Assembly: GCA_963709845.1 (NCBI GenBank)
Contig: CAVPXV010000004.1
Location: 65,181-129,180 of the forward strand
Origin: an uncultured Thermoleophilia bacterium
GTDB lineage: Bacteria > Actinomycetota > Thermoleophilia > UBA2241
Length of the DNA stretch: 64,000 nucleotides
Direction: 5' to 3'
The position numbers were made by a program, and so were the translations under genes. This document shows, piece after piece, positions 14,103-24,465 of the stretch (position 1 is its first letter; each line of letters opens with the position of its first letter). The notes under the pieces are model-generated. The model did not search any database. It saw only the letters and a program-made list of their open reading frames with translations, and was not told the DNA's origin.

Positions 14103-14876
14103 ATGAAGAGAGAGTACAGACGCGCCACTGCGGATCAGCTCTGGGCGCTGTGCGGCCTCGGTTCGTGCCAGTTCTGGCGTGGGTCCCCGAACGGCGAAGA
14201 GTGGATGCGGCCCGCTGCTGCGCTCGCGATGAGCGGCGAACCGGATCCGCAGATGAACTGGGCGATCGTGGCTGCAGGCGGCGATGCGCAGGCGGACCTA
14301 CGCGCCTGCGTTCAGCGCCTGCGGGAGCGGCAGCTGCCCGGCTACGTCTTGCTGGCGAGCGCGGTCGCCGACGATCTCGCTGCGACCGCGCGTGACCTCG
14401 GACTCGGTGGCCCGAGCCGCACCCCCCTCATGCGGCGAGAGGGACACCGGTCGCCGCCGGTCGACCTCCGCGGCCTCACGGTGGACTTCGTGCGCGACGC
14501 GCACGGCCTGCGCGACGCCGTCGCGGTCGCGGCGGCCGCGTTCGCCGCGGACCGCGAGCTGCTGGGCCGGGCGTGGAGCAGGGTCCTGCTGGCCCCCACC
14601 GCCGTCGAGCTCTTCGTGGCCCGCCGCGGTGCCGAGCCGCTCAGCTGCGTCTTCGCAACGCGCACTGGCGGCGCCGTGGGCATCTGGGCGATGGCGACGG
14701 CGCCCTCCCGACAACGTCAGGGTGCGGGGCGAGCTCTGCTCTCCGGCGTTCTTTCGCACCACGACGACAGCGCGGACTTCTTCTACCTCTTCGCGAGCAG
14801 CGCCGGGCGCCCACTCTACGAGAGCCTGGGGTTCGCCGTGATCGACGTGGCCGCCAACTGGACCGTGCCGCTGTGA
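14103..14876 (+). CDS. GNAT-family N-acetyltransferase
   Basis: 257 aa. C-terminal ...GIWAMATAPSRQRQGAGRALL...LFASSAGRPLYESLGF is the acetyl-CoA-binding motif A/B region. Confidence 0.65.
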   Translation: MKREYRRATADQLWALCGLGSCQFWRGSPNGEEWMRPAAALAMSGEPDPQMNWAIVAAGGDAQADLRACVQRLRERQLPGYVLLASAVADDLAATARDLGLGGPSRTPLMRREGHRSPPVDLRGLTVDFVRDAHGLRDAVAVAAAAFAADRELLGRAWSRVLLAPTAVELFVARRGAEPLSCVFATRTGGAVGIWAMATAPSRQRQGAGRALLSGVLSHHDDSADFFYLFASSAGRPLYESLGFAVIDVAANWTVPL

Positions 14877-15150
14877 GCGTACGCCCAAGGTCCGGCTGGC
14901 GATGGCTGTCACCGCGGCTCGGGCGCCTGCTGCGACTGGGAAGAGCACGCGAACTAGCTGGCCTTCCGCGGGGTTCGGCTATGCTGAGCGCATGAGACCC
15001 CTCCTCGCCATCCCCGCCGCCGCAGCCAGACCCGTCCGCGCAGGGTCGTGGCCAGAGGATGCTCGGATCCATGAGGAGTGCGCCAAGTGATGCCGGCCGC
15101 CCGCGCGCGACCGGCAGGACCCTCGAGGTGATCCTCAAGGACGCCGAGCG

Positions 15151-15657
15151 ATGAGGGACCGTGACAAGGCCCACGAAGGGCACGCCGGCGCGCGCCTCTT
15201 CTACTACACCATCGGCGCCTACCTGCCGCCCATCCTCGACAGCGGCGAGATATGCCCGGCTGCCGCCTACATGAGACGCCGCACGCGCCGGGCGGTGTGG
15301 TGTTCCTACGAACCCGATTGGGAGCAGACCGCGTACGCGTCCAGTCAGCGGCCGGGTGGGCGCGTCGAGCTCGGGACGCGGCTGAAGACAGCACAGGGCG
15401 GCGGCGGGTTCGCCCGTATCGAAGTAGACCCGGTCGCCGCGCCCTACACGTGGGCTGACTACATGCGCATGAGCGGCGACAGCGCGACGACGATAAGGCG
15501 TATGTTGCTCACCGCTCGCAGGATCGGCGCCGACCCGCAGCTCTGGCGTGTGAGCTTCGCGCCGATACCCTCCTCCATGTGGCTCGCCATCGAGACGTTC
15601 ACCTGGGGTGAATGGGCGGCCTACCGGCCCGGGCCCGGCGAAAGGGCCGCCCAGTGA
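15151..15657 (+). CDS. hypothetical protein
   Basis: 168 aa ORF with non-repetitive composition (LFYYTIGAYLPPILDSGEI...). No recognisable domain. The start is uncertain. Confidence 0.35.
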   Translation: MRDRDKAHEGHAGARLFYYTIGAYLPPILDSGEICPAAAYMRRRTRRAVWCSYEPDWEQTAYASSQRPGGRVELGTRLKTAQGGGGFARIEVDPVAAPYTWADYMRMSGDSATTIRRMLLTARRIGADPQLWRVSFAPIPSSMWLAIETFTWGEWAAYRPGPGERAAQ

Positions 15658-15877
15658 ACGTCACCAAGCGCGCGCCGGAGCCTACGCGCGTCGGGGACAG
15701 CATGGACTTTCCCGCCCCGAAGCGGTCGGACCCGGGGGCCGCCGCGACGCCTCATTCACGCGCGGCATCCCTGCGTCACCTGTGTGCACCGACGTTGCTC
15801 ATGCGACGCGCGGCTTTGGCGCTATCATCGGATACAGACCCAAGCACACTGAGTCGTCACCTCTAGGAGCGTCCCGG

Positions 15878-16897
15878 ATGCATTCTCCACGCGCCAGCAA
15901 AGAGATCCATCTCGTCGCCCGGCCCCAAGGCGAGCCGCGGCGGAGTGACTTCGCCGTCGTGGAGGTAGCGCTGCCTGACCCGGGCCCTGGCGAGGTCCTC
16001 GTCCACAATCGCTACGTCTCGGTCGACCCCTACATGCGCGGACGCATGCGCGACGCCAGGTCCTACGTTCCGCCCTTTGCGCTGGGCGCGGTGATGACAG
16101 GCATGTCCGTGGGCGAGGTCGTCGCTTCACAGTCCCCCGACCTGGCCGTAGGCGACATCGTCGTGCACGACCTGGGTTGGCGTGAGTATGCTCTCGCTGC
16201 GGCGGCAGCCTTCCGTCGCGTCCCCGACAGCGCCGCCCCCCTCAGCGCCTGGCTGGGCGTCCTCGGCATGGTCGGGTTGACCGCCTGGGTCGGCATGCTC
16301 GAGATCGCGGCGCTGCGGCCCGGTGACATCGTCTTCGTCTCGGGCGCCGCCGGGGCGGTCGGCAGCCTTGCCGGCCAGATCGCCAAGCTGCGCGGTGCAT
16401 CGCGCGTCCTCGGCAGCGTCGGTTCGGAGGCGAAGGTGCGCTACGTCTGCGACGAGCTCGGCTTCGACGCTGCCTTCAGCTACCACGACGGCCCAGTGCC
16501 TCAGCTTCTGACCGAGGCAGCGCCGGAGGGCATCGACGTCTACTACGACAACGTCGGCGGTGAGCACCTGGAGGCGGCCATCGGCGCCTTGCGCGTGCAC
16601 GGACGCGCCGCCCTATGCGGGGCGATCTCGCAGTACAACGCCGAGGAGCCGGCGCTCGGCCCGCGCAACCTCGGCCTGATGATCGGCAAGCGGCTCACGT
16701 TGCGCGGCTTTCTCGTGGGCGACCACATCGCGAGCCGGCCGGCGTTTCTCGCCGAGGTCGGCGGCTGGCTGGCGGAGGGACGCATCCGTCTCGCAGAGAC
16801 CATCGTCGACGGGGTCGAGAACGCCCCCGCCGCGTTCATCGGCCTCATGCGCGGAGAGAACACTGGCAAGATGCTGGTGCGCGTCGGCAGTGACTGA
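15878..16897 (+). CDS. NADP-dependent oxidoreductase, MDR superfamily (YncB/prostaglandin-reductase-like)
   Basis: The internal ATG at 15878 is preceded by an AGGAG SD. MHSPRASKEIHLVARPQGEPRRSDF...VSGAAGAVGSLAGQIAKLRGA is the MDR cofactor-binding pattern. The 5' part of the track ORF is junk. Confidence 0.85.
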   Translation: MHSPRASKEIHLVARPQGEPRRSDFAVVEVALPDPGPGEVLVHNRYVSVDPYMRGRMRDARSYVPPFALGAVMTGMSVGEVVASQSPDLAVGDIVVHDLGWREYALAAAAAFRRVPDSAAPLSAWLGVLGMVGLTAWVGMLEIAALRPGDIVFVSGAAGAVGSLAGQIAKLRGASRVLGSVGSEAKVRYVCDELGFDAAFSYHDGPVPQLLTEAAPEGIDVYYDNVGGEHLEAAIGALRVHGRAALCGAISQYNAEEPALGPRNLGLMIGKRLTLRGFLVGDHIASRPAFLAEVGGWLAEGRIRLAETIVDGVENAPAAFIGLMRGENTGKMLVRVGSD

Positions 16898-17112
16898 CGA
16901 GCGCCACCAGTTGCCCGCGAACAACAGCTCCGCGATCCTGACCGCGGCCTCTTCTCGCATCGCCGGGTTGGCGCGCTTCAGCGTCTGCCCGCGCATCCTC
17001 GTCTCGATGCGACCGAAGCGACAGAACTGACCGGGCCGACGATTCATGGCATCGCGTTCCTGCCGCACGACGTTCCCTCCTGGACCTTCCCCCGATCAGG
17101 CGGCCACGTCTG

Positions 17113-17547
17113 TTACCTGGTCGCGTCTTCGAGGAGTTCCGGCAACGCAGCCCTGAACAGCTGCCGCGCCGCGAGCAGCACGAAATCGTCGTTGAGGCTC
17201 TGAAACGCCCCGGCGTCAACCTCACCCTCGATGGTGATGCTGGGCACGATGACCTCTCGCGTGAAGCCGTCAGTCACCGGCTCCAGGCGCATGAGGCGAC
17301 CCGACTCCTGGCGCGCTCGATACACCTCGTGGATTCTCAGGCGCGTAGCGCCATCGGCGTCCGCGTGCCGGGCGAAGCGGAAGAAACGGTCGCCCATCGC
17401 CATGTTGGCTTTGCCCTCGCGGACCGCCTCGGCGACCGGGTCGCCGCTAGCCGGCTGACTGACGAACGTCCATGCGTGTTCGTAATCGTCCACCACTGCC
17501 TCCTGTTGACACCGCCGCGCCACGGCGGCCGTATCACTCACCTTCAT
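17113..17547 (-). CDS. SRPBCC/Aha1-domain protein (polyketide-cyclase-like fold)
   Basis: The C-terminal 145 aa of the 196 aa ORF start at MKVSDTAAVARR with a GGTGAGG SD. The composition suggests an AHSA1-like fold. Product assignment is low confidence. Confidence 0.5.
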   Translation of the reverse strand: MKVSDTAAVARRCQQEAVVDDYEHAWTFVSQPASGDPVAEAVREGKANMAMGDRFFRFARHADADGATRLRIHEVYRARQESGRLMRLEPVTDGFTREVIVPSITIEGEVDAGAFQSLNDDFVLLAARQLFRAALPELLEDATR

Positions 17548-17717
17548 CCTCACCGAGGGCGAGTTCCCCAAACGCTGGCGGCGGCGATGGGGTGAAGGCA
17601 GCCGTGCAAGCGCATCCACTAGGTTGCTGATAAGTGCTGCTGATGGCCAGGTGTGCTCGATGGGACTGGCTGGGGAGGGCCCGGGGCGTTCAAGGCTCGC
17701 CACGGCCGGTCGCCGTA

Positions 17718-19175
17718 TCAGCCATCGAACACCATGCCGTCCAAGGGCCCGAGCAGGCGCCTCAGCCGTTTGGAGACGTGCGGCAGGCGGGCGAGCCGAT
17801 GGGTCATGGCCTCGCCCGCCGCGCGCCGCGCCTGCTGCTCGGCGGCGATCGGCTTCCAGCGCGAGTCGATGAGCTCGACCGGGTCGCCCTGCAGCTCATC
17901 CGGCGACATCTCGAGGTGCTCCGCCCACAGGCGGATGCGCGCCTCCCGGGCGAACGCCGCATCGCGGGTCACCACGTTGACCTCCGTGTCGTTGAAGAGT
18001 GAGTGGTCGTTGAGGTTGGCCGAGCCGAGCGTGAGCCACTCGTCGTCGACGATGCCGACCTTGGCGTGTACGTACACCGGCGCCGAGGTCTTGCCGGCGC
18101 TGCGCGCATGGATCGCGCAGGCGAGGAAGTGCTCGCCGTGCTCGTCGGCCTCAGCGAGCACGCCCAGCTGCCCTTGCGTGTCGTCTTCCCCGCTGTTGGC
18201 CCTCGAGGGCAGCAGCACGACCAGGCGAAAGCCGGAGGACGGCGGGCGGCGCAGCTTGTCGCGCAGGGCGGCGACGATCTCAGGTGACCATAGGAACTGG
18301 TTCTCAAGGTAGATGAAGCGCCGCGCCTCGCGGATGGCGCGCAGGTAGGCTTCGAGGATGCGGAAGCGGCCGTCCCAGGCACCGGTGTAGTGGTGCTCCG
18401 GGATCGTGGAGACGATCTGCACCTCGACCTCGCCGGCGGCTTCGGGCCGAGTCACGTCGAGAGCCTCGCCGGTCACCTCGCGCCAGCGCAGCGCGAAATG
18501 GGCGGCGACGTCGCCCACGGCCGGGCCGCGCAGCTCGCTGGCGACGTCGTGCCAGCCGTTCACGCGGCGATACGTGTGATCGCTGCCGTCGAAGCGGTCG
18601 ACGGGGTCGTCGGTCAGATCGATGCCGCCCACGAAGGCGACCTCGCCGTCCACCAGGATCAGCTTCTCGTGATGCGTGTGCATCGGCCGCTCGCGGCTGT
18701 CCAGTGCCACCTGGATGTTCGTCCCGTCCGTGAGCCTGCGACGTACCGCCTTGACGTCGAGACGCCAGGGCCGGAACACGGGCAGCGGCGCCCCGGCCCA
18801 CAAGAGCACGCGCACAGGTATGCGCTCCGCCAGCTCGGCGAGGACGTCGCGCAGGACGAGGCGCGGACCCGAACGCGTGAGGGCGAAATCGGGAGTGACT
18901 TCCCAGCCGGCGATGCTGACCTCGCTGCGGGCCGCTGTGAGCACCTCGGCCATGCGCGGCAGCGCGGTCGCGCCGTCGATCAGCAGTTCCAGGGAGTTGC
19001 CGGGCCGCGGAGGTGAGTCGCCTTCGGCCCACAAGCCCGGCCCGGGCGAGGTGGCACGGTCCCAGCCGAGGTGGTGCAGACGTCGCCGGTGATGAGCCGT
19101 GACCTGCCGCTCCAGACCGTCTCCAAGAGTGCGGTCCAGCAATGTTGCGGGGTTCTGCCGCGGATGCCCAGCCAT
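17718..19175 (-). CDS. phospholipase D-family protein (cardiolipin-synthase-like, two HKD motifs)
   Basis: 485 aa. Two HxKxxxxD motifs are present: HHEKLILVDGEVAFVGGIDL and HAKVGIVDDEWLTLGSANLN. Confidence 0.85.
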   Translation of the reverse strand: MAGHPRQNPATLLDRTLGDGLERQVTAHHRRRLHHLGWDRATSPGPGLWAEGDSPPRPGNSLELLIDGATALPRMAEVLTAARSEVSIAGWEVTPDFALTRSGPRLVLRDVLAELAERIPVRVLLWAGAPLPVFRPWRLDVKAVRRRLTDGTNIQVALDSRERPMHTHHEKLILVDGEVAFVGGIDLTDDPVDRFDGSDHTYRRVNGWHDVASELRGPAVGDVAAHFALRWREVTGEALDVTRPEAAGEVEVQIVSTIPEHHYTGAWDGRFRILEAYLRAIREARRFIYLENQFLWSPEIVAALRDKLRRPPSSGFRLVVLLPSRANSGEDDTQGQLGVLAEADEHGEHFLACAIHARSAGKTSAPVYVHAKVGIVDDEWLTLGSANLNDHSLFNDTEVNVVTRDAAFAREARIRLWAEHLEMSPDELQGDPVELIDSRWKPIAAEQQARRAAGEAMTHRLARLPHVSKRLRRLLGPLDGMVFDG

Positions 19176-19244
19176 TGCGGGAGTATCTCCGCTCCACGTG
19201 TCGACACAGTCCTGCTCGCCGTTTGTGCGCGGGTATCTTCCAGC

Positions 19245-21536
19245 ATGGACCAGGATCCCCAGACAGCGGATGGTCAGCCTCCGTCGAGCGGCACAGTCGC
19301 CAAGGCGTACTCATGGATGACCGCGGGGCCGCTGAGCTTTGTCATCCCCGTGATCTGGGTCGTCGCCCTCGCCCTCGGCGTTCTCTACCTGCCGTCGTTC
19401 CCCACCGGCCAGGGCAACGATCTCACGCCCTCCGGCGCGCCGGCGATCAAGACCGAGATCGCGTCGTCCAGGTTGTTCGCTCTGCCGGCGCTCAGCCGGG
19501 TCGCCGTCGTGCAGCGCGACCCCTCGGGGCTCTCGCGGAGCGCCGCGCTGCAGACCGTCAAGGCCGCGCAGAACATCGACCAGAAGCTCGTGCCCGTGCC
19601 CACGGGTCTGCTGGGAGCGCTCCCGGTGGTCAACGTGCCGCCGGCCTTCGCGGGCACGGGCGAGCGTGGCACGACGGCCATCACCTACCTGTTCTTCGAC
19701 CCGGCCATGCCGTGGGCGACGCAGCTTCAGATCGCTCAGCGCTACGCGGCCACGAACCTCACCGATCCGAGTGCGTCGGTGGTCGGCGTGACCGGCACGA
19801 TCCCGGCCCGGCTCGAGCAGCAGGCTCGCATCAACGCGGCGCTGCCCATCGTCGAGATCGCCACCGTCGCCCTCATCGCGCTCATCATCGCCGTGGCCTT
19901 CGGGTCGGTCCTCGCTCCCCTGGTCACGCTGTTCAGCGCCGGCATCGCCTACGAGATCGCCCTCCGGGTCGTGGCCTGGCTTGGCACGCGGATCGGCGCG
20001 GCGCCGCCCCCCGAGCTTCAACCGCTCCTCGTGGTTCTGCTCTTCGGCATCGTCACCGACTACGCGATCTTCTATCTCTCGGGCATGCGTCGCGCGTTGG
20101 CCGGCGGGGAACGCCGCGGGGCGGCGGCGCGTCGCACGACGGCGCAGTACACACCCCTGATCATCGCCGCTGGCCTCATGGTCGCGGCGGGGACGGCGGC
20201 CCTCACGGTGGCGTCCCAGCGATTCTTCCGCGATTTCGGCCCCGGCATGGCGATCACGGTGCTGCTCGGACTCCTGGTCGCCGTGACGCTGCTGCCGGCG
20301 TTGCTCGCCCTCTTCGGCCGGGCGCTGTTCTGGCCGCGAGGGGTGCGGGCGGTGGAGCCGGCGGAACGGCCGGCCGAGCCGGCGTCCAGGCCGACGGTCC
20401 GTCACGGGCTCTCGCACCTCAGCACCAACAGGGCCGTGGCGCTCGTCGTCGTGGTGATCTGCGTGGCGCTCTTGCTGGCCGCCGCCAGCGGCCTGCGCAA
20501 GACGCATCTGGGGCTCGACTTCGTCGGCAGCCTGCCGGGGCAGTCCGAGGCGCGCCGCGCGGCGGATGCCGCCTCGGCCGGGTTCTGGCCCGGCATCCTC
20601 TCGCCGACCGAGGTCCTCGTGCAGGGACAGGGCATCGGCGCGGCGCCGGGTGCGGCGCAGCTGGAGCGGGCGCTGCGCCGGCAGCCGGGAGTCGCCGGCG
20701 TCCTCGGCCCGCTCGAGCAACAGGCCCTGCCCGGCGCCAGGTTCGCCGTCGCGCCGGGAGGCAATGCAGTGCGCTATCTGGTCGTCTTTCGCACCGACCC
20801 CCTGGGGAGCAGCGGGATCGCGACCTACGACGCGTTGTCGCGCGAGATGCCGAGGTTGCTCGCGCAAGCCGGTCTGGGCGGCGCCTCGGCGCAGTTCGGC
20901 GGCGACACTGCGCTGGCCGCCTACACCGTGCAGCGCACCGTGGGCGACCTCGGCCGCATCGCCATCGTGGTCGCACTCGTGGACCTCGTACTGATGGCCA
21001 TCTTCCTGCGGGCGCTGATCGCCCCCATCTACCTGCTGGCGTCCAGCGTCCTTGCCCTCGCGGCCGCCCTGGGCATCACCACATACGTCTTCCAGGTCGT
21101 GCTCGGCGGCGAGGACCTCACCTACTACGTGCCGTTCGCGGCGTCGGTGCTGCTCGTCTCGCTGGGCAGCGACTACAGCATCTTCCTCGTCGGGCGGATC
21201 TGGCAGGAGCGCCGCACCCGGCCCCTGCGGAGCGCCATCGAGACGGCTGCGCCGAGCGCTCGTCACGCGATCTCCGTCGCGGCTCTGACGCTGGCGCTCA
21301 GCTTCTCGATGCTGGCGATCGTCGACTTGGGGGCCTTCCGCCAGCTCGCCTTCCTGCTCGCCGTCGGCGTCCTCATCGACTCGTTCGTCGTCCGCTCGCT
21401 CCTGGTGCCGGCGTTGGTTGCGCTTGTCGGGCGCACCCACATAGAGGCCGATGGCGAGCGGCCCGGTCCGGAGTCTCAGGACGACCGCGTGGAGCCTGGG
21501 GACGCGGCAGTGACGATGCGCCAGCGGGCCGCCTGA
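19245..21536 (+). CDS. MMPL-family (RND superfamily) membrane transporter
   Basis: From the internal ATG (MDQDPQTADG...) about 764 aa. Two blocks of multiple TM helices are separated by soluble domains, which is the MMPL architecture. It is divergent from the PLD gene with only a 70 bp gap. Confidence 0.8.
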   Translation: MDQDPQTADGQPPSSGTVAKAYSWMTAGPLSFVIPVIWVVALALGVLYLPSFPTGQGNDLTPSGAPAIKTEIASSRLFALPALSRVAVVQRDPSGLSRSAALQTVKAAQNIDQKLVPVPTGLLGALPVVNVPPAFAGTGERGTTAITYLFFDPAMPWATQLQIAQRYAATNLTDPSASVVGVTGTIPARLEQQARINAALPIVEIATVALIALIIAVAFGSVLAPLVTLFSAGIAYEIALRVVAWLGTRIGAAPPPELQPLLVVLLFGIVTDYAIFYLSGMRRALAGGERRGAAARRTTAQYTPLIIAAGLMVAAGTAALTVASQRFFRDFGPGMAITVLLGLLVAVTLLPALLALFGRALFWPRGVRAVEPAERPAEPASRPTVRHGLSHLSTNRAVALVVVVICVALLLAAASGLRKTHLGLDFVGSLPGQSEARRAADAASAGFWPGILSPTEVLVQGQGIGAAPGAAQLERALRRQPGVAGVLGPLEQQALPGARFAVAPGGNAVRYLVVFRTDPLGSSGIATYDALSREMPRLLAQAGLGGASAQFGGDTALAAYTVQRTVGDLGRIAIVVALVDLVLMAIFLRALIAPIYLLASSVLALAAALGITTYVFQVVLGGEDLTYYVPFAASVLLVSLGSDYSIFLVGRIWQERRTRPLRSAIETAAPSARHAISVAALTLALSFSMLAIVDLGAFRQLAFLLAVGVLIDSFVVRSLLVPALVALVGRTHIEADGERPGPESQDDRVEPGDAAVTMRQRAA

Positions 21537-21679
21537 GCGGGCCGCCGAGACCGCGCGGATCGCATGCCCGGGGGCGCGTTCGATCCCACTCGCCCGCACG
21601 CCGATCGACCACCCCAGCGGCGGAGCGGCGTCCGAAGCCCCCACCAGATGGCGGGTGACTCACGTTCCACGCACCGGCG

Positions 21680-21865
21680 TCAGAGTACGTTGAGCCCGCC
21701 CAGGAGGACCCCGATCACGATCAGCACGACGCCGAGGATCAGGCTGCGGCGAAAGACGGACACCACCCCGACGACGATCAGGATGATGCCGATCACCCAG
21801 ACGATGGGGACGGCCCCGCCGTTGAAGACGGAGGCCAGCAGTGACGCAACGAGCGCGTTGTGCAT
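21680..21865 (-). CDS. small membrane protein (61 aa)
   Basis: MHNALVASLLASVFNGGAVPIVWVIGIILIVVGVVSVFRRSLILGVVLIVIGVLLGGLNVL has two predicted TM helices. GGGAGC SD-like sequence upstream. Confidence 0.45.
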   Translation of the reverse strand: MHNALVASLLASVFNGGAVPIVWVIGIILIVVGVVSVFRRSLILGVVLIVIGVLLGGLNVL

Positions 21866-21876
21866 CGGATGCTCCC

Positions 21877-22044
21877 TTACTTGATGTGCAGGTTGACGCC
21901 GACCAGGATCAGCGGCCAGAGCACCACGGCCAGCAGCGCCGAGAGCACGGCCGTGAGGCTATGCAGGTGGACGAAGTAGTGGTGCGAGTTCGCGATGAAC
22001 ACGCCGACGGCCAAGTAGACGATGATGAGGATGTAGCGCAGCAC
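21877..22044 (-). CDS. small membrane protein (55 aa, GTG start)
   Basis: Not in the ORF track (below its length cutoff). Own translation gives VLRYILIIVYLAVGVFIANSHHYFVHLHSLTAVLSALLAVVLWPLILVGVNLHIK*, with two TM helices and an AGGAGGG SD. It lies directly upstream of the 21680 gene on the same strand. Confidence 0.4.
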   Translation of the reverse strand: MLRYILIIVYLAVGVFIANSHHYFVHLHSLTAVLSALLAVVLWPLILVGVNLHIK

Positions 22045-22313
22045 ACGGCCCTCCTGGCGAAGGGCCCCCGGTCCCGGGGTCGGGCGCGGAAGCCGCGGAG
22101 CGCCGGCGGCACTCCGACAAAACTAATACTCCCCAGCACTTATCCTTCCCACGCCGTTGCCACGGCGGGCACGGGCGGCGGCCACGCAGCTGCACCGTCA
22201 TCTGGGCCGGCCAGAGCAGAGCGCGGAAGAAGGTCCCCGCTCGCAGCGGGAGGAGTCCGTTCAGACCGGGCATAGTACGAAGACCGTTCTCACGGAGCGC
22301 TGCGGAGGTCCTG

Positions 22314-22947
22314 ATGCTCGACGAAGACGGCCTGCTCACCATCCATCTCGTGCGACACGGCGAGACCGTGGCCACCCGCGAGCACCGCTTGTGCGGCCAG
22401 AGCGAGTGCGCCCTGAGCGAGCGCGGCCGACGGCAGAGCGAGGCCGTCGTCGAGTCGTGCGCGTCGGGCGGCGACTGGCGCGCCGTCTACACGAGTCCGC
22501 TATCGCGCTGTCGCTCGATGGCCGAGGCGGTCGCGGAGCGCGCTGCGGATCCCTCTCTCCGTCGAGGACGACCTGCTGGAGATCGACCACGGCGAGTGGG
22601 ACGGCCGCCTCGAGCTGGAGATCAAGGAGAGCGAGCCGGAAGCGTACGGCGACTACTGCGAGCACCCCGGCATCTTTGCCGCGCCGGGCGGCGAGAACGG
22701 GTTCCAGGTGGCGGCGCGCGCCCTGCCCGTGATCGAGCGCATCCGTGGCGCGCACCAGGCCGGAGAAGTGCTCGTGGTCTCGCATGAGGCGACCATCCGC
22801 ATCATCACGTGCGCGCTCCTCGGCATCGACGTCGACCTCTACCGGGCGCGGCTCGCGCTGCCGGTAGCCTCGTTCACGACCGTGGAGTTCCGCTCGTCGG
22901 GACCCCTTCTTCGGCGCTTCGGCGACGCGGTGCGCGGAACGGCGTAG
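22314..22947 (+). pseudogene. histidine phosphatase (phosphoglycerate-mutase family), frameshifted
   Basis: The N-terminus LTIHLVRHGETV...YTSPLSRCRSMAEAVAERA (RHG catalytic motif) is in the 22314 frame. The continuation IPLSVEDDLLEIDHGEWDG...VVSHEATIRII is in the +1 frame (ORF 22708..22947). The frame switch is near 22540-22555. Confidence 0.6.
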
Positions 22948-22950
22948 CGA

Positions 22951-23457
22951 GTGGATGTCGAGATCGTCGTCACCATAGTGGCCGGGCTCCTCCTGGCCGT
23001 CGCCGCCGTCGGGACGGTGTACCCGGGGCTGCCAGGCAGCGGGCTGGCGGTCGTCACCCTGATCGGTTGGGCCTGGATCATGGGCTCATCCGTCGCCTGG
23101 ACGACCGCGGTGATCGGCTCGGTCCTCGCGGGGATCGGCTGGTCGGCGAGCGCGGTGCTGACGGGACGCAAGCTGAGACAGCACCAGATCCCCAAGCGCT
23201 CCATCGCGGTGGCCACGGCGTCGGCGGTGGTGGGCATGTTCCTGATCCCGGTGGTCGGCGTGTTCGTCGGCTTCGGCTGCGGGCTGCTGGTGAGCGAATA
23301 CGTTCGCCGTCGGGACTTCCGTGCCTCTCTCATGGCCAGTGCGGCGACGCTCAAGGCAGCCGGCATCGGCGTCCTGGTCGAGTTCTTCATGGTGTGCCTC
23401 GCCGGCTCGGTCTGGACGATCGGCGTGATCACGCACTTCGCGACCCGTGCCGGGTAG
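22951..23457 (+). CDS. DUF456-like membrane protein
   Basis: 168 aa with GTG start and four predicted TM segments. The composition is typical of the DUF456 family. Confidence 0.55.
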   Translation: MDVEIVVTIVAGLLLAVAAVGTVYPGLPGSGLAVVTLIGWAWIMGSSVAWTTAVIGSVLAGIGWSASAVLTGRKLRQHQIPKRSIAVATASAVVGMFLIPVVGVFVGFGCGLLVSEYVRRRDFRASLMASAATLKAAGIGVLVEFFMVCLAGSVWTIGVITHFATRAG

Positions 23458-23918
23458 AGCGCGATGCGCGGCAGCGCCTCGGCGCCGTCGATCGGCACGT
23501 AGACTGACGTGCCGTCTCCAGGCGCCGGCCCGCCCGGGACCCCCAGGGATCCGTCGGCCGGGTGCAGGGCGTGGCCCTAGCCCAAGCGTTGGAGGCGCCT
23601 TCTGTAGTGCGCCGCGTAGAGTCGCTCCACGGCAGTCACCCACGTGACGGTCCGCGGCCGAGAGGAGGGTGTCCAGACGAGGCATGTGCCATGACTGTCT
23701 CCGCGAGCCGCTTTCTATGCGGGCGTGTCCCGCGCACCCTCCTGCGCTCAACTCAACGGCGGCTGGTTTGCACGCCTGGGTAGGCTGCCCGAAAACGGGT
23801 CCGACCACCGGTGAGGGGGATTGGAGTGATCGTTGCGGACGCCGGCGGGTCCCGAGGCCAGAACTGCCGCGACATGGGCCGGCGGGAGCGCCACCACGGG
23901 CTGGAGGGCCTGCGGCCC

Positions 23919-24465
23919 ATGGCGCGTCACGCGCAGAGGAATCGATTGGTGGCAGCGGTGATGCTGGGCCTCGCGGTCCTCGTTGCCTCGGCGATGGTCG
24001 CGTGCGGAGCGCAGGCGCCGAGCGGCGGTCCTGTGGGCAGCGAGTCCGCAGTCTCCCCTGGTCAGGCCATCTTCCAGAACGGCGTGGACGCCAACGGCGT
24101 GCCCATCCCCAGGACCGTGAGCCAGAATGGCGGCGGCATGATGGGCGGCGGCACGCCAGGCAGCGGCATGATGAGTGGCAGCATGATGAACAAGGCCTGT
24201 GCGAACTGCCACGGCCGCGATGGCCACGGCCGACCACCTCGCAGTTCACCGCCCCGGACATCACCTACGCCAATCTCACCGACCCGAAGGGCATGCTCAT
24301 GCCCGACGGTACCCGGGGTCCCGTCTACACGGATGCCGGAATCGAGAAAGCGGTGACACAGGCATCGACCCGACCGGCAGCCACCTACAATGGCCGATGC
24401 CGCGGTGGCAGCTGACGAACCAGGAGTGGAGCGACTTGCTCGCCTACTTGAAGACTTTGCGGTAG
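23919..24465 (+). pseudogene. lipoprotein monoheme cytochrome c with two frameshifts
   Basis: MARHAQRNRLVAAVMLGLAVLVASAMVACG is a signal peptide with lipobox. It is followed by the heme-binding site CANCHG, whose preceding segment is Gly/Met-rich. The protein continues in a second frame (QFTAPDITYANLTDPKGMLMPDGTRGPVYTDAGIEKAVTQ) and ends in a third (GIDPTGSHLQWPMPRWQLTNQEWSDLLAYLKTLR, the typical cytochrome c C-terminus). Frame changes fall near 24225-24240 and 24350-24365. Confidence 0.6.

Noticed and set aside
19311-21644. 777-aa minus-strand ORF and the 838-aa plus-strand alternative frame (19142..21658) over the MMPL gene
   Set aside because: Both are Arg/Pro/Gly-rich with no TM or domain signal. 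The MMPL frame (19245..21536) is the only one with a coherent membrane-protein sequence.
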